From: Babesia bigemina
Taxonomy: Eukaryota
Length of the DNA: 64,000 bases
NCBI RefSeq assembly: GCF_000981445.1
Contig: NC_027219.1
Span: 434,001-498,000 of the forward strand
Direction: 5' to 3'
In this document: positions 33,796 through 44,578 of the stretch, piece after piece
How positions within the stretch are numbered: the first letter of the stretch is position 1
How the letters are laid out: each line of letters starts with the position of its first letter
Translations under genes and position numbers: made by a program
Notes under the pieces: model-generated
Told to the model about the DNA's origin: nothing
Database searches by the model: none
Seen by the model: the letters and a program-made list of their open reading frames with translations, nothing else

Positions 33796-35898
33796 ATGAT
33801 GTGCGCCAGTGTTATGATCGCCGGCGACGGGATGGAACAGCTTAAAGGGAATGCAGGTGGCGTGATGCTTTCGCACGAAGTGCAGGAGGCGTACCATATG
33901 TCGCCTATGAACTGCACCAGCAGTCCCGCAAGAACGTGTGCCTCCACTCCAGGGCGCATGTTGCCATTAGCGGACTATGATTATTCCAACGTTGAGCATT
34001 GGTCGGCGCCAAGCCGCATGTCGATTCCGAATGAACCACAGTGGGCCTACAACATTCACCCCGCGTACAACTTTGGGCAAAGCAACCCACCCGTGGATAT
34101 CCTTGCGGAATATGCACAATACCACGACACCATTGCCGCTCAGAATCGTAAGATTATGGAAATGCAGTACCAAATCGAGCAGATGCAAGCGCAATATTCT
34201 CAGTACCAGTGCTTGTTCTCTGCAGCGAACCATCCTCGTTATATAGAGTTGGAGTATGGTGACGACCTTAATAAACCACTGTTGCCGCCTTCTCCGATAG
34301 GAAGCAGCCCCCCGCCCACCCCTTCACCCGCAGCGTATTTTGGATACGACAATGGTTATTTGCTTCCACATGACGCTACTGATGGAAACCCGCAGTCTTT
34401 CATGTCCTACGGTGCAACTGCTCCATGCACGCCGTCGCATACCGACTCCCCTACGATGAGCGTTAATACGACCCCTAACAATGTGGACACGAGATGCATG
34501 TTTTCGACTATGGATGGTGCTGCTAATGTCTATTACACGTCCCCTGAGGGAGTTGAAAACTGTGTCGACGATTCTACGAAGCCAGTGCTCTCACTATGTT
34601 CTATGGCGAGCGTGAGCACCGTGGATCTGATGAACGAGGAGGTATACCGAGGCATGGGTGCTGAATTCGCTGGTGATGAGGCGGACAACAATTTATGCGT
34701 TGTACGAAAGCGCAAGTGGTCCATCGAAGAGGAGTACACTGCTTCGCCACCCCTCGCAAATGAGAGAAAAAGGCGAGTGTCGGTTGACGTGTCGATAACC
34801 GATGTCATGCGACAGCCACAGCGTCCCCATTTCAACCCATATGAGGAATGTTTGACCCCCGCACTGATTCCATCCCCTCCGACTTGGAGATTTGATAATA
34901 ACGTTGCCCCGTCGGTGATGGGTATTCCAAACGTTTGCTATCCGTTCCCCAGCATCCCGCCATTTGCTACGGAGCCGGTAGTCAATGGTCAAATAAACCA
35001 CGATTACTACCGCCGCGATTTCTACTCTACAGTTTGGGAACAAGGTTACAACCACCTGTTTCCGGAGAGCACTGTTTTGTGGTACCCCAAGGCCATGGCG
35101 TCTCTTCCGTTATCCCACGGATCGACTGGAATTGTTTCGTGCACAACTGGGGGCGGTAGCATAGACAACCAAAATGCAGTAGAGATAAAAGGCGATGCAG
35201 AGTGTACCGTGGTGCACCAATCTCCTACATACGCCTGCCAAAAAGCACCGTCAACCACTGAGCTGCTGGGCGCTACCGGCAGTGATGAGTACAATGAGTT
35301 AACTGCTCAACTTGGCAATGATGCGCAGTTGTGCCGCAGAATGAACGGCTCCACTGAAGAGTGCATGCGCCCTCGAAACAAGAAGGGGAAAGCGCATCGG
35401 CCGGTTGTTTTGCCGAACAACGAAAAGAAACGTGAGATTGAAGCAGCAATCAAAAGGATGATCGAGTTGAACAAAGAGCAGATTGAGATGGTCGAAGCTT
35501 TGAAAGCGCTCGAGGTCGGCGGCATGATGGTGATCCACAAGCGCAAGACCCAAAAGGATTCTGCCATGGAGATCCGTAAAGCCACCAAATGCTACGACTA
35601 TCTGCTGGACATCCCTCTAACTGCGGAGCCCGATCCCGAGTTGGGTGAGCAGCAGTTCAAGTGTCTGGTGCCGGGCGTTTACTGGGATAAGCGTTCGTGG
35701 ATAGCATCTTGGTACGAAGACGGAGTCCGCCACTACAGTAGTTTTTCCGCTAAAATGCACGGATTTTATAGGGCAAAGTACTTTGCCATCCAGGTGCGGA
35801 TGTACAAGACTCAAAATCACACCAATCTACTGGATGAGGAAGCTGTAGAAAAGGAGCGCCAAAATCTTATAGATTGTTATGGACAGTTTCCATGCTAG
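33796..35898 (+). CDS. ApiAP2 transcription factor with single C-terminal AP2 domain
   Basis: 700-aa ORF with PGVYWDKRSWIASWYEDGVRHYSSFSAKMHGFYRAKYFAIQVR (AP2 pattern) and NLS-like RKRK/RKRR. Confidence 0.88.
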   Translation: MMCASVMIAGDGMEQLKGNAGGVMLSHEVQEAYHMSPMNCTSSPARTCASTPGRMLPLADYDYSNVEHWSAPSRMSIPNEPQWAYNIHPAYNFGQSNPPVDILAEYAQYHDTIAAQNRKIMEMQYQIEQMQAQYSQYQCLFSAANHPRYIELEYGDDLNKPLLPPSPIGSSPPPTPSPAAYFGYDNGYLLPHDATDGNPQSFMSYGATAPCTPSHTDSPTMSVNTTPNNVDTRCMFSTMDGAANVYYTSPEGVENCVDDSTKPVLSLCSMASVSTVDLMNEEVYRGMGAEFAGDEADNNLCVVRKRKWSIEEEYTASPPLANERKRRVSVDVSITDVMRQPQRPHFNPYEECLTPALIPSPPTWRFDNNVAPSVMGIPNVCYPFPSIPPFATEPVVNGQINHDYYRRDFYSTVWEQGYNHLFPESTVLWYPKAMASLPLSHGSTGIVSCTTGGGSIDNQNAVEIKGDAECTVVHQSPTYACQKAPSTTELLGATGSDEYNELTAQLGNDAQLCRRMNGSTEECMRPRNKKGKAHRPVVLPNNEKKREIEAAIKRMIELNKEQIEMVEALKALEVGGMMVIHKRKTQKDSAMEIRKATKCYDYLLDIPLTAEPDPELGEQQFKCLVPGVYWDKRSWIASWYEDGVRHYSSFSAKMHGFYRAKYFAIQVRMYKTQNHTNLLDEEAVEKERQNLIDCYGQFPC

Positions 35899-36730
35899 TT
35901 GGACGGCATCGGCGGTTGCGCTGTGGTGCTGTGTGACCATCAACCAATGTTGATCTCGCAGTATTCTCAAATCCAGCCCACCAGCAACAATCCCGAGGTT
36001 ATTCAATGAAGTGAAACGCACCCCCACTGAGATCGGCGGTGCTGGTTTGCTGTGCAATATTCAATGCTAGTACTTCAATGAAGAGTTAACCTGCCGCATC
36101 CATCTTGCAGCGGCCTCGTAACGATAACCGCGTCGCAACGTTGAGCTTCACCTTCATAATGCGCCAACAACGCGGTTTGGGTCACATTCCACCGAAGAGG
36201 CATGCCGCTGTCAAGTTTGTATGCGGTTTATGATTCACAAGATCCGGTAACTACACACACATTCACATTTTCTACCGGTGTGCAACATCTTCCTTCCGTT
36301 CCGGGATAAAAGCACACGTCACTACCCGGACACCGGATGATGTCGTATCCCTGTGCGGCGATATGCGCTAAAGGGGATTACATTTCCGACACATCCCATG
36401 TTTCAACGTAGATGCACACATCTTCATGTCTACAATAAGTGGGCGTGTCCCGGAACCGGAAAATCTTACTAGGCGTAGACACCCCTGCCATAGGGGTGTG
36501 AACGCTGCCACATTTCATGGCGACCGCGGTAGCGGCTAGCGCTACACTGGCCTTTTGGAGTCGACTTCCTGACTCTACGCCCACGATGAGACCTACGGCG
36601 GCTATTTCAACGTTAGGCGTGTAGCGCGTGCCATACTTACACCTTCTACACACGTATAAGGCAACGCCGATTCGACAGCCCCTATCGGGGCATGAACGCA
36701 ATTTAATCGGTCGTTTTATTAGTTGGAACC

Positions 36731-37789
36731 ATGTTGCCTTGGCGCAGGCTTTGCCTGCGGCGGGAGATGGACCCGTCCTACCTCCTGACCACCGGTGGGT
36801 ACCTCGTCCTTCCATGCACGAAAATGCAGGCCAATCGTTTAGCTGGGCGTCAGTGGGCGACGACCTTTGGGTCGGCGTGATAGACGATGCGGTGCTTGAG
36901 TTGCGCAAGGCGGGGGAGGAAGTCGAATTCAGGTACGAATTGTTAGGCAGTTGCCAGATCATGCAGATCGGTCTTCGGCAGCTGCGGGGAGAAACGCATC
37001 CGCAGTTACTTCGATCTCGACTACGATTACACGTTAAACAGAGAGAACGCTCCCGCCAGCGTTCTGCGCGTGGTGGATCGGCGGCCTGGCGTGCGAATTT
37101 TGCAGCAGGAGCCGCTGGAGACGCTCATCAGCTTCATATGTTCCGCCAATAACAACATCAAGCGCATAACTCAGCTGTGCTTCGCTCTACGCGAAAAGTA
37201 CGGGACGTTCTTGGGCGAGAAATCGTATGCCGACACGCACATACGGTTTCATGCATTCCCTAACTTGCGCCAACTCTCCTCGGCGTCCCCCGAGGAGCTG
37301 CGTGGCTTAGGACTGGGGTACCGCGCCGACTACGTTTTCAGGACAGTTACAGCGTTACGTGAGAGCGGCATTGACAGCCTATTGCGTCTGCGCGACCTGC
37401 CGACGGAGGAAGCGCGAGCGGAGCTGGTTCGATATCGGTGGGTAGCTGTGCCGGTGCGCAAAAGTTTCTCAGCGGCGTGGGGAGGAAGGTGGCGGACTGT
37501 GTGCTGCTTTTCGGCATCGGCAAGCGCGAGGTGGTACCAGTGGACGTGCACATAAAACGTATTGCAAAGGCGTTAGTTTGCGTTTCCCATCGTTTACCTT
37601 TGGTCAGGCACTTCGGCATCAAGGAAAGTGGCGCTTCGAGCTACGAAGCCGTGCAGACTGCATTCTCGTCCATGTGAGTTGCTTCGGTATCATATTTTTG
37701 CATCTGGTTTCAGCTGCCCCGAGAATGCAGGCTGGCTACAGGCGGTTCTCTTCATCGACTCCGTCCTGTGGGGGACGCGCCAAACCTGA
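36731..37789 (+). CDS. OGG1: 8-oxoguanine DNA glycosylase (HhH-GPD), multi-exon
   Basis: TTGQSFSW, GVRILQQEPLETLISFICSANNNIKRI, LGLGYRA, GVGRKVADCVLLF...VPVDVH and AGWLQAVLF. Confidence 0.92.
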
Positions 37790-37871
37790 ACCCATACATA
37801 ACGCAGTTTCCAGCTCAGCATGTGTGAATGCAGCTGCTCACGCCGATCTGTGCGGTGCTAGTAACACAAAA

Positions 37872-39056
37872 TTAATGGTACAAGGCCTTTTCCCTTTTGC
37901 ACCGCTGTTCGACGTTGGAGGTTATTTGATCAAGTCTGCTGGATACCCGCTGTAAGATATCGGCGCTGGTTAGGGTGCATCCGGACTCGATCTTTTGTAC
38001 AATTGACATTTCTCTGGCGACCGAGTGTGTGTCGAATCCGCCGGTCATCAGGGGCAGGTCGCTATAGTTGCCGGTGACAACCAGTGACACACCCAGGTTC
38101 TCGAGGTAGTTTTTGGAGGGTATGAAGGGCGCGCCCAGTATCACATCGTCGGTGCACTTCATGGCAAGGACGGTGAGTGCGCGGTCCATGAGGTGGGTGA
38201 CCGGGAACGGGTTACCCTTTATCGTCCTGACCGTCTGGTCGTCGTAGAGGCCGACGATGAGGTAGTCGCCGAGTGCCTTCGCCCGCTCTAGGAATCTGAG
38301 GTGTCCGACGTGGAATACATCGAAGCTGCCGTCGACGTATATGACTTTGGCGTTTGGCAATTTCGGCGTGTTGGGGATAAACTTGGCGAATAGTGTGGCG
38401 CTCGTGCGGCAACGCGGGAACATCACGTGCATCTTGTTTTTCTGTTGCCGCATTTCTATGGCCTGCAGCCCATCGTCTGAGAATTGTTCGCGCGACATCT
38501 GTGCCTCGTTTTGCTCTACGAGTCTTCTAAATTGCGAGAGCGCGTCGTGTCCGTGGCGTTCGGTAGATGACAAGTGGCTGAACCTTTCGCTCGTCAGCGC
38601 CTCAACGAGCCTCCCGAGGGTGGTCGAGGTGCTGCTGCCACGTGAGCGTCTGAAGTGAACGAGTTTGCCTGCATTTTTGACTTCTTCGTAGCAGTCCTTC
38701 CCGCTTGATCCGATGGCGACATCGTCGCCGTGCGCTACCATGTCGCACTTTGCTACATTCGTAAGAAAGTCGAGCGATACCTCATAGGGTGTATCTACTA
38801 TTACTTCGTCGACCCATCTGCATCCTCTTATGAGCTCAGCCCTTTCGCTTGCAGTGTAGATTGGCGCTATTCCCTTGGTGTTGCGTGCCTCATCGTCCGA
38901 CACTACTCCCACGATGATGCTGCCTCCGAGTTCTTGGGATTGTCGAAGCGCGTTCAGGTGGCCCCAGTGTAGAAGGTCGAAGACTCCGTCAACGTAGATG
39001 CGTTTTTTGGGTGCCTCGCCGTCAGCAGTCATCGCGTGCGGTTTTTCTGTATACAT
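37872..39056 (-). CDS. ECT: Ethanolamine-phosphate cytidylyltransferase
   Basis: Two cytidylyltransferase domains (DGVFDLLHWGH and DGSFDVFHVGH), plus HGDD and RSRGSSTS. Intronless 394 aa. Confidence 0.92.
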   Translation of the reverse strand: MYTEKPHAMTADGEAPKKRIYVDGVFDLLHWGHLNALRQSQELGGSIIVGVVSDDEARNTKGIAPIYTASERAELIRGCRWVDEVIVDTPYEVSLDFLTNVAKCDMVAHGDDVAIGSSGKDCYEEVKNAGKLVHFRRSRGSSTSTTLGRLVEALTSERFSHLSSTERHGHDALSQFRRLVEQNEAQMSREQFSDDGLQAIEMRQQKNKMHVMFPRCRTSATLFAKFIPNTPKLPNAKVIYVDGSFDVFHVGHLRFLERAKALGDYLIVGLYDDQTVRTIKGNPFPVTHLMDRALTVLAMKCTDDVILGAPFIPSKNYLENLGVSLVVTGNYSDLPLMTGGFDTHSVAREMSIVQKIESGCTLTSADILQRVSSRLDQITSNVEQRCKREKALYH

Positions 39057-39872
39057 ATGCTGTCGGCCGATAATTATTGGGTACCGCCTCGCTTTTTGCA
39101 GGCGGTCGTGAAGTGGGACCTTGCTTGTATCACTGTTCAGCTGCTCCGCCGCACCTCAGTGAAAAGCGTGGCGCATAATAAGTTGGCTGTAGGCGTTCAA
39201 TTGGCCAAACAGCGCGATCCTCGTGATATGTAGTCGTCACATAACGACGTTAGGGCCTAGCCATATACAATACTCCAACCCCGAGTTGCTCAGATATCCT
39301 TCACACCTTTGCAACGGCTTTGCGCCTTAATATAATCCCACGCAAAATGTTTAATCTTTAAAAATGTCAAATCGAACTACATAGCCAGAAAATTGTTTCC
39401 ATGTGGCATGATACTTTGGACAGTCGGGGGTAAGTACGCGGGCTGGCAACTTGCAGCGTCGAAGTGGCGAACTGTCTGGCTCCGTTTCAGCGATTTCGGC
39501 CACAGCACGTCACATGAACCCCTTTTATACACAGTTGTTGGCGCTTCGCCACTGATGAGCAATTTCTCCTTTGATACGGGTGTGTTACTCTGTCCGTAGG
39601 CTTGCCAGGCTTCTTCTGTCATGCGGGTGTCATCGGACGTATTCCATCTCGCTGCCAGGTGTTAGAAGCGCCTTTTCGCAAGAGTTATAAAATAAATACG
39701 ACGTTGTAGCTACATTCCACAGTGCCGACGATGGTAGCGATTTCGCCCTGCGGCCCCTTCTACAGGTCGGATGTGTGGCCGCTGAACTGAGCTTGCATCG
39801 CGCAGCGCACCTCCCTTAGCGCCAAGAAGGCTGAGAAGGCTCTTTTATTGCATTGAACGCTTCGTTTTGGCC

Positions 39873-40673
39873 ATGGGTGGTCACGGAGGGCTCAACATCC
39901 TTCCTCAGAAGAAGTGGAACGTATATCGCGCCGACCGTCGGTATGAGGTAAAGTATGACGAGCACCGCGACATCGAGCGTCGCCTGGACAGCCGCGATCA
40001 GCGCAAACGACAGCGGTTGACCGATTCGCTTGTTGAGCTACGCAGGCAGTCACAGGCCGTCCGCAACATCGAGTCCGACGGCAACAAACCCGAAGGTGAC
40101 TCAGGTTTAAAGGAGGAGCGCAGGCATTCCCGCCGTCGCAATAATCGCAAACCCCAACCGGTGCCCGTCAATCGCAGCCGGTCGCCCTCGCCCGCAAGTA
40201 CCGCTGGCAGCCGCGGTATATTGCAGTCTGAGCCTTCCGCCGAGGCCGCCGAGCTGGTTCCGCTTCCGGAGTTCGACAAGAAGGCTTCCGGTGGCCACAT
40301 CAACCTCTTCGAGGAGGCTGAGCGCGACGCAAACGAGCGCGCTAAGAGGCAGCGCGAGAACTTGATAAAGAGCGGCAGCTACGTGTACAATGCGGCCTCA
40401 AAGGGCCCCCGGGTCGTGAGTGTGTACACCGACGGCACCCCTGCCACATTGGTACCGGACTTTAAACCGGTTTGCACGCCGTGGTACATGAGGCAACGGC
40501 CGGGCGACGTGGACGGCGGCGTCGCGGTAGAGCGGCCGCGAGGCCCGCGTTACTGCAAGACCGTGTCCACGTTCGACGATGCGGACGGGTACTACGAGGA
40601 AAGGGAGTTGAAGCGTTCATTTGCAACTAAGCTTGCGAAGTTCCAGCAGAATCACGCGCTCCCCAAGGATTGA
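39873..40673 (+). CDS. Cir_N-domain (LENG1/CBF1-interacting corepressor-like) protein
   Basis: N-terminus MGGHGGLNILPQKKWNVY and internal GHINLFEE and PWY motifs. Confidence 0.8.
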   Translation: MGGHGGLNILPQKKWNVYRADRRYEVKYDEHRDIERRLDSRDQRKRQRLTDSLVELRRQSQAVRNIESDGNKPEGDSGLKEERRHSRRRNNRKPQPVPVNRSRSPSPASTAGSRGILQSEPSAEAAELVPLPEFDKKASGGHINLFEEAERDANERAKRQRENLIKSGSYVYNAASKGPRVVSVYTDGTPATLVPDFKPVCTPWYMRQRPGDVDGGVAVERPRGPRYCKTVSTFDDADGYYEERELKRSFATKLAKFQQNHALPKD

Positions 40674-40867
40674 TTCGCTGCAGTTGCGCGAAGGCGTTGC
40701 CGTCGCATTTTCGTCGCACCCTCCGCTCGGCGGCGGGGCCTAACCATACACATTAACAGCTATAGTAATGACTGAACGCAGTTAGATCAGAGGTGCTATC
40801 GTTCGTTTGCGGCAACGCGCTGCTGCTATGAGGTCGTGTGTCGTTTTGCGTCGGTGGAATCCTCGAG

Positions 40868-43800
40868 ATGGAGCTCGCCGTGCTTGCAGAGCTACAAAAG
40901 CAGCTGAACGAAGTTATCTTACGGTGGTTCCGAGTGCCCAGCCCGGGCGACAAAACGCGATGTCTGCAGAATCTGGTCGACGTATGCCAGCAGCTGGCCG
41001 ATGCCCTTTCCAAGTTGCCTTCCTCCACCGAAGAGGTTCGGAAAATCGTCCGCCACAACCTGTTGCGAGCTGCTCAGTTCACCGTATTGCCCGTCCAGTC
41101 GGTGGGACGATCCGACTTGGAGCAGCGGCACTACCAGCAGCAGGGACCGCTGTTGGCGAAGTTGTTACTGCTGGTGACGCGCAACCCTTCAGACGACACC
41201 AAGGCTCATAGAGATGTTATGTTCTGCGGCATTGTAGCCGTGTGGCGCGTTTTGTTCGCACAGAGCGACTCCAATGTCCACTCCTCTCCGGAAGCCTTCC
41301 GCCGGCACTCGCTGGTGGTGGATGACCTGCTGGAGGTGTCTATCGCGCTTGTCGGCCAGGTAAAAAACCACGAGAGCGCTGTACATGTCTACATGGTGCT
41401 GCTGGAGATATTGACCTACAGTAGCGCTCCGCAGCACAAAGCTGCGGTTTTAAATGCACTGGCCAATGCCCCCGGCGAAGGCGTCCTGGCCCGTGTCTAC
41501 CCAGGATTGGTCTCCCGGATTGTACGCGTTCTGCCGCGCGTGCGCGAATCGGACTTCCGGCGTGCTATAACCGTCCTCGAGGTTTGGATCAGGGCAGCAT
41601 TGGCGTGCAACTGCGGTGGTATCCGGTGCTCGGCTGCGAAGGACAGCATCAAGGAAACTTGGGTGCTCAAAACTTCCGAGGTGGTTACTCTGATCCTGGA
41701 TCGTTACCACGCGGCGCATACTCAAAAATTAGGCTACTTGTGTGCCGCATGCATGAGCCGCAACTGTGTGCCCTCCGCCTTTCTAACGCGCCTAGTGGCC
41801 CACGTCTGTGCGATGCTTGGCACTGAGGACCTGTGGGCGGACGCGCGGCGCATTATGACCGATGCCACGCTTCCCGCCAAGCTGGCACTGTGCAGGACTG
41901 TGGACGGGCACTTACGCAATAATCCGGAATCGGATCAAGCGCTCATCACATACCAAGGCTACGCGTACTTGGAGATGCATGTGCCCGACATGGAACCTTT
42001 GGACGAATACGTCGTCTTAGGCATGCTCTACGCCGCTGCTACGCCGCCTAAAGAGGATGAAAGCGCCCATCTGGAGAGGCAGCGCCTCTTGGCACTGTGC
42101 GATGCGCCACCAGATTTCGCGCATTTCACTGAGCCCAGAGAGGAAGTGTTCTCCCGCGTAGCCGCGCAATACATCAGCAGGATGCCGCCATCGCTACAGG
42201 TGCAAAATGTATCGGAGATTGTAGAGTGCTTCGTAGGAGGTGTGGAGAGTGGCGCGCAGGCTGCGCAACTACTGACGCTGCTCCGCGGGTTACTGAGCCA
42301 CGGCCCCGCAGCGCTGAGAGAAGTGGCGTGCGATGTGGTCGATGTGGTTGTTCTGACAGTTGTGGAGCCAGGCTGTTCGTCCCCCAAAATCTGTTTGTCT
42401 GCCCTGGCCTTGCTTTGCGTGTTGTTTTCGCGATACCGTTTGACGGTGCCGCGGCACCAGGTATGTGACATCCTGTTCTGGTTGCTTCCTTGGTGCGTCT
42501 CCGATTCAGGGCCTATATCGCAGTACGCTCGCAGCCTGCTGCTTCACATAGGCGTCCATCACCGTTTGGTGTCAGGCGAATTGGGGCAGGGCAATGAGGT
42601 GTTGCGCCCGCCCACTTCCGACACGCTCATGCCATCGGAAAAAGGCGCTGTTTTGCAGAACTTGCTTCGATTTTACAAAACCCTCCTGGTCACGAGATGC
42701 GTAAGGGAGCTGAAACAGAGCCAATTTTGCGGGACAAGCATGGCCCACAGTGTGTCCGACGTGCTGTTTGTTATGCTGCATTATCGTCTTTTGGGCGTGA
42801 AGGATGTATTTGACTTGGCCTTGCACTTGGATCGGTCCTGGAGGCTCCCGGAACTGGATTTACATGCAAATGCGGCGCTCGGCGTCTTGGGCCTAGATGC
42901 CAATTCCGAACTCACGGCGTTGTACTGCTACGCCTTCATCGCGCACTACGTCAATGGGCAGTACGAAGTGCTGGACAACGTTGAATCGGATGTAATTGAG
43001 CACTTTAGAGAGCGATTTCACCTTGGAACGCTTAATGGCAAGGCAGTGTCGGACTTGCCGGCAGAAGTGCCGGGGCTGTCGGGCAATGGTTCGGAGCGTG
43101 GCCATTCGCACCTCCTGCCTCATGACCAACAATACGTTGGATCGCCTTTGGCGGGGGACGAGCACATTACGGTAGAGTCAAATGAGCGTACAGATCGGAC
43201 TAGAATTCATGTGCGTAAAATTAGGGAAGCCGACCAGTGCCCCGGCTCACAACTACTCGATGATACCACGCCACGGAATGATCAGAAGCACATCGGGGGC
43301 CACCTCAGACCGGAATCGCGCCCAATAAGGCATTCTTCACTTTTGGATGATATCATTGCTCCACCAGCTCAGCTGGGTGGTTTGAAGCGTTTTCAACATT
43401 CCCCTTTAATCGAGGTAATAGGGGAGCAGCCCCAAACACACGTGAAAAGGGCGACCCAACCCGCCTCGGCACTGAGAGGCGATGTCGATGAGCGGATGTT
43501 ACGCGATTTACTACGTTGGCACGACATGCCATTAATTACACCTACGCAAGATGGTTCCCCGAAAAGGCAAAGGTCCGTTTCAGGCGCGCCTGAACAAGCC
43601 ACCATCACGACTAATGATAGGTTCTCATCACGTAAACTGGGGTATAACTCCGGCGAAACGCCATCGTCAACCGCAACAACAGCTTTAAGTGAGGCACAAG
43701 ACACTGAGCGTAATGAAGTGCTTGCTGGCGCTGAAGCGGCAGATGAGCTTCCTGCCATCGAAGCGACCGCCGCCGACGCGTGCGACCAGCTGGCGGATAA

Positions 43801-44578
43801 CTCCAGCAAGGATGTTGCCGAAGTTGGCTGTGAGGGATCGTCTCCAGAGTTGGACTTCAAGGACCACCGCCTCGCCGTCGTTACGCTGATTGCGACTCGC
43901 TGCCGTTACCACCTCAGCTCAGCGTCGAGCGAAACCCGCTACGTGGCCCTTTTCGCGTTGCACAGGTGCTTTTGCGCGTTCTCACGCAACGTGCCGGTGC
44001 TGCGCGTGCGGTTGTACGAGTGCTGGGACGCACTCATGGACTGTCTGGAACGTAGCATGCGAAACCTGCGCAGCATGTCGCTGGTGCTGGGGATAATGAC
44101 CATTGGAACGAGGCACGCCTACACCTTCGTTGAGCGTTGGATGGTCGACGTGTTCGCCAAGATCGCTGACCTGGTGGTGTCGGAGGCCGCCGATAACTGC
44201 GTGACCAGTGCTGACGAGACGCACGGCAGCATCAGGTTCAAGTTCACCACGAAGCTTCTGGAGTTCGTGGAGGAGGTGTCTTCGCGCGTCGTCAACAGGT
44301 CGCTATTCGGCAACCTGCTTCTGATCGCGCTGCTGATGTGCAAGTCCACTGCTCCAGCGGTTGAGCGTGCGACGGCGTCCGTTTTGCGGCACCTCTTCCA
44401 GAAAAACCCGTCCGATGTGACGAAAGTGCTCATGCACACCGGTTCGTGTGCGGCTGATAGCGCTGCGGTGCTGCGTTCCGTGTTGGAGCGTGATGTGCGT
44501 CGTTTGCTGCCCCAACGGTCACGGGTGCAGGCTCTCCTGCCGCACGGGGAGCTGTCTAGCGCGACCACACCTGAATAA
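40868..44578 (+). CDS. Large HEAT/ARM-repeat protein, TTI1 (TELO2-interacting protein 1)-like
   Basis: About 1236 aa, helical. LARVYPGLVSRI and IATRCRYHLSS...RYVAL...LYECWDALMDCL resemble TTI1 segments. First ATG at 40868. Confidence 0.55.
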   Translation: MELAVLAELQKQLNEVILRWFRVPSPGDKTRCLQNLVDVCQQLADALSKLPSSTEEVRKIVRHNLLRAAQFTVLPVQSVGRSDLEQRHYQQQGPLLAKLLLLVTRNPSDDTKAHRDVMFCGIVAVWRVLFAQSDSNVHSSPEAFRRHSLVVDDLLEVSIALVGQVKNHESAVHVYMVLLEILTYSSAPQHKAAVLNALANAPGEGVLARVYPGLVSRIVRVLPRVRESDFRRAITVLEVWIRAALACNCGGIRCSAAKDSIKETWVLKTSEVVTLILDRYHAAHTQKLGYLCAACMSRNCVPSAFLTRLVAHVCAMLGTEDLWADARRIMTDATLPAKLALCRTVDGHLRNNPESDQALITYQGYAYLEMHVPDMEPLDEYVVLGMLYAAATPPKEDESAHLERQRLLALCDAPPDFAHFTEPREEVFSRVAAQYISRMPPSLQVQNVSEIVECFVGGVESGAQAAQLLTLLRGLLSHGPAALREVACDVVDVVVLTVVEPGCSSPKICLSALALLCVLFSRYRLTVPRHQVCDILFWLLPWCVSDSGPISQYARSLLLHIGVHHRLVSGELGQGNEVLRPPTSDTLMPSEKGAVLQNLLRFYKTLLVTRCVRELKQSQFCGTSMAHSVSDVLFVMLHYRLLGVKDVFDLALHLDRSWRLPELDLHANAALGVLGLDANSELTALYCYAFIAHYVNGQYEVLDNVESDVIEHFRERFHLGTLNGKAVSDLPAEVPGLSGNGSERGHSHLLPHDQQYVGSPLAGDEHITVESNERTDRTRIHVRKIREADQCPGSQLLDDTTPRNDQKHIGGHLRPESRPIRHSSLLDDIIAPPAQLGGLKRFQHSPLIEVIGEQPQTHVKRATQPASALRGDVDERMLRDLLRWHDMPLITPTQDGSPKRQRSVSGAPEQATITTNDRFSSRKLGYNSGETPSSTATTALSEAQDTERNEVLAGAEAADELPAIEATAADACDQLADNSSKDVAEVGCEGSSPELDFKDHRLAVVTLIATRCRYHLSSASSETRYVALFALHRCFCAFSRNVPVLRVRLYECWDALMDCLERSMRNLRSMSLVLGIMTIGTRHAYTFVERWMVDVFAKIADLVVSEAADNCVTSADETHGSIRFKFTTKLLEFVEEVSSRVVNRSLFGNLLLIALLMCKSTAPAVERATASVLRHLFQKNPSDVTKVLMHTGSCAADSAAVLRSVLERDVRRLLPQRSRVQALLPHGELSSATTPE

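Noticed and set aside
39300..39650. Possible small minus-strand gene (MTEEAWQAYGQ...)
   Set aside because: No start context or homology recognisable, so it cannot be supported.
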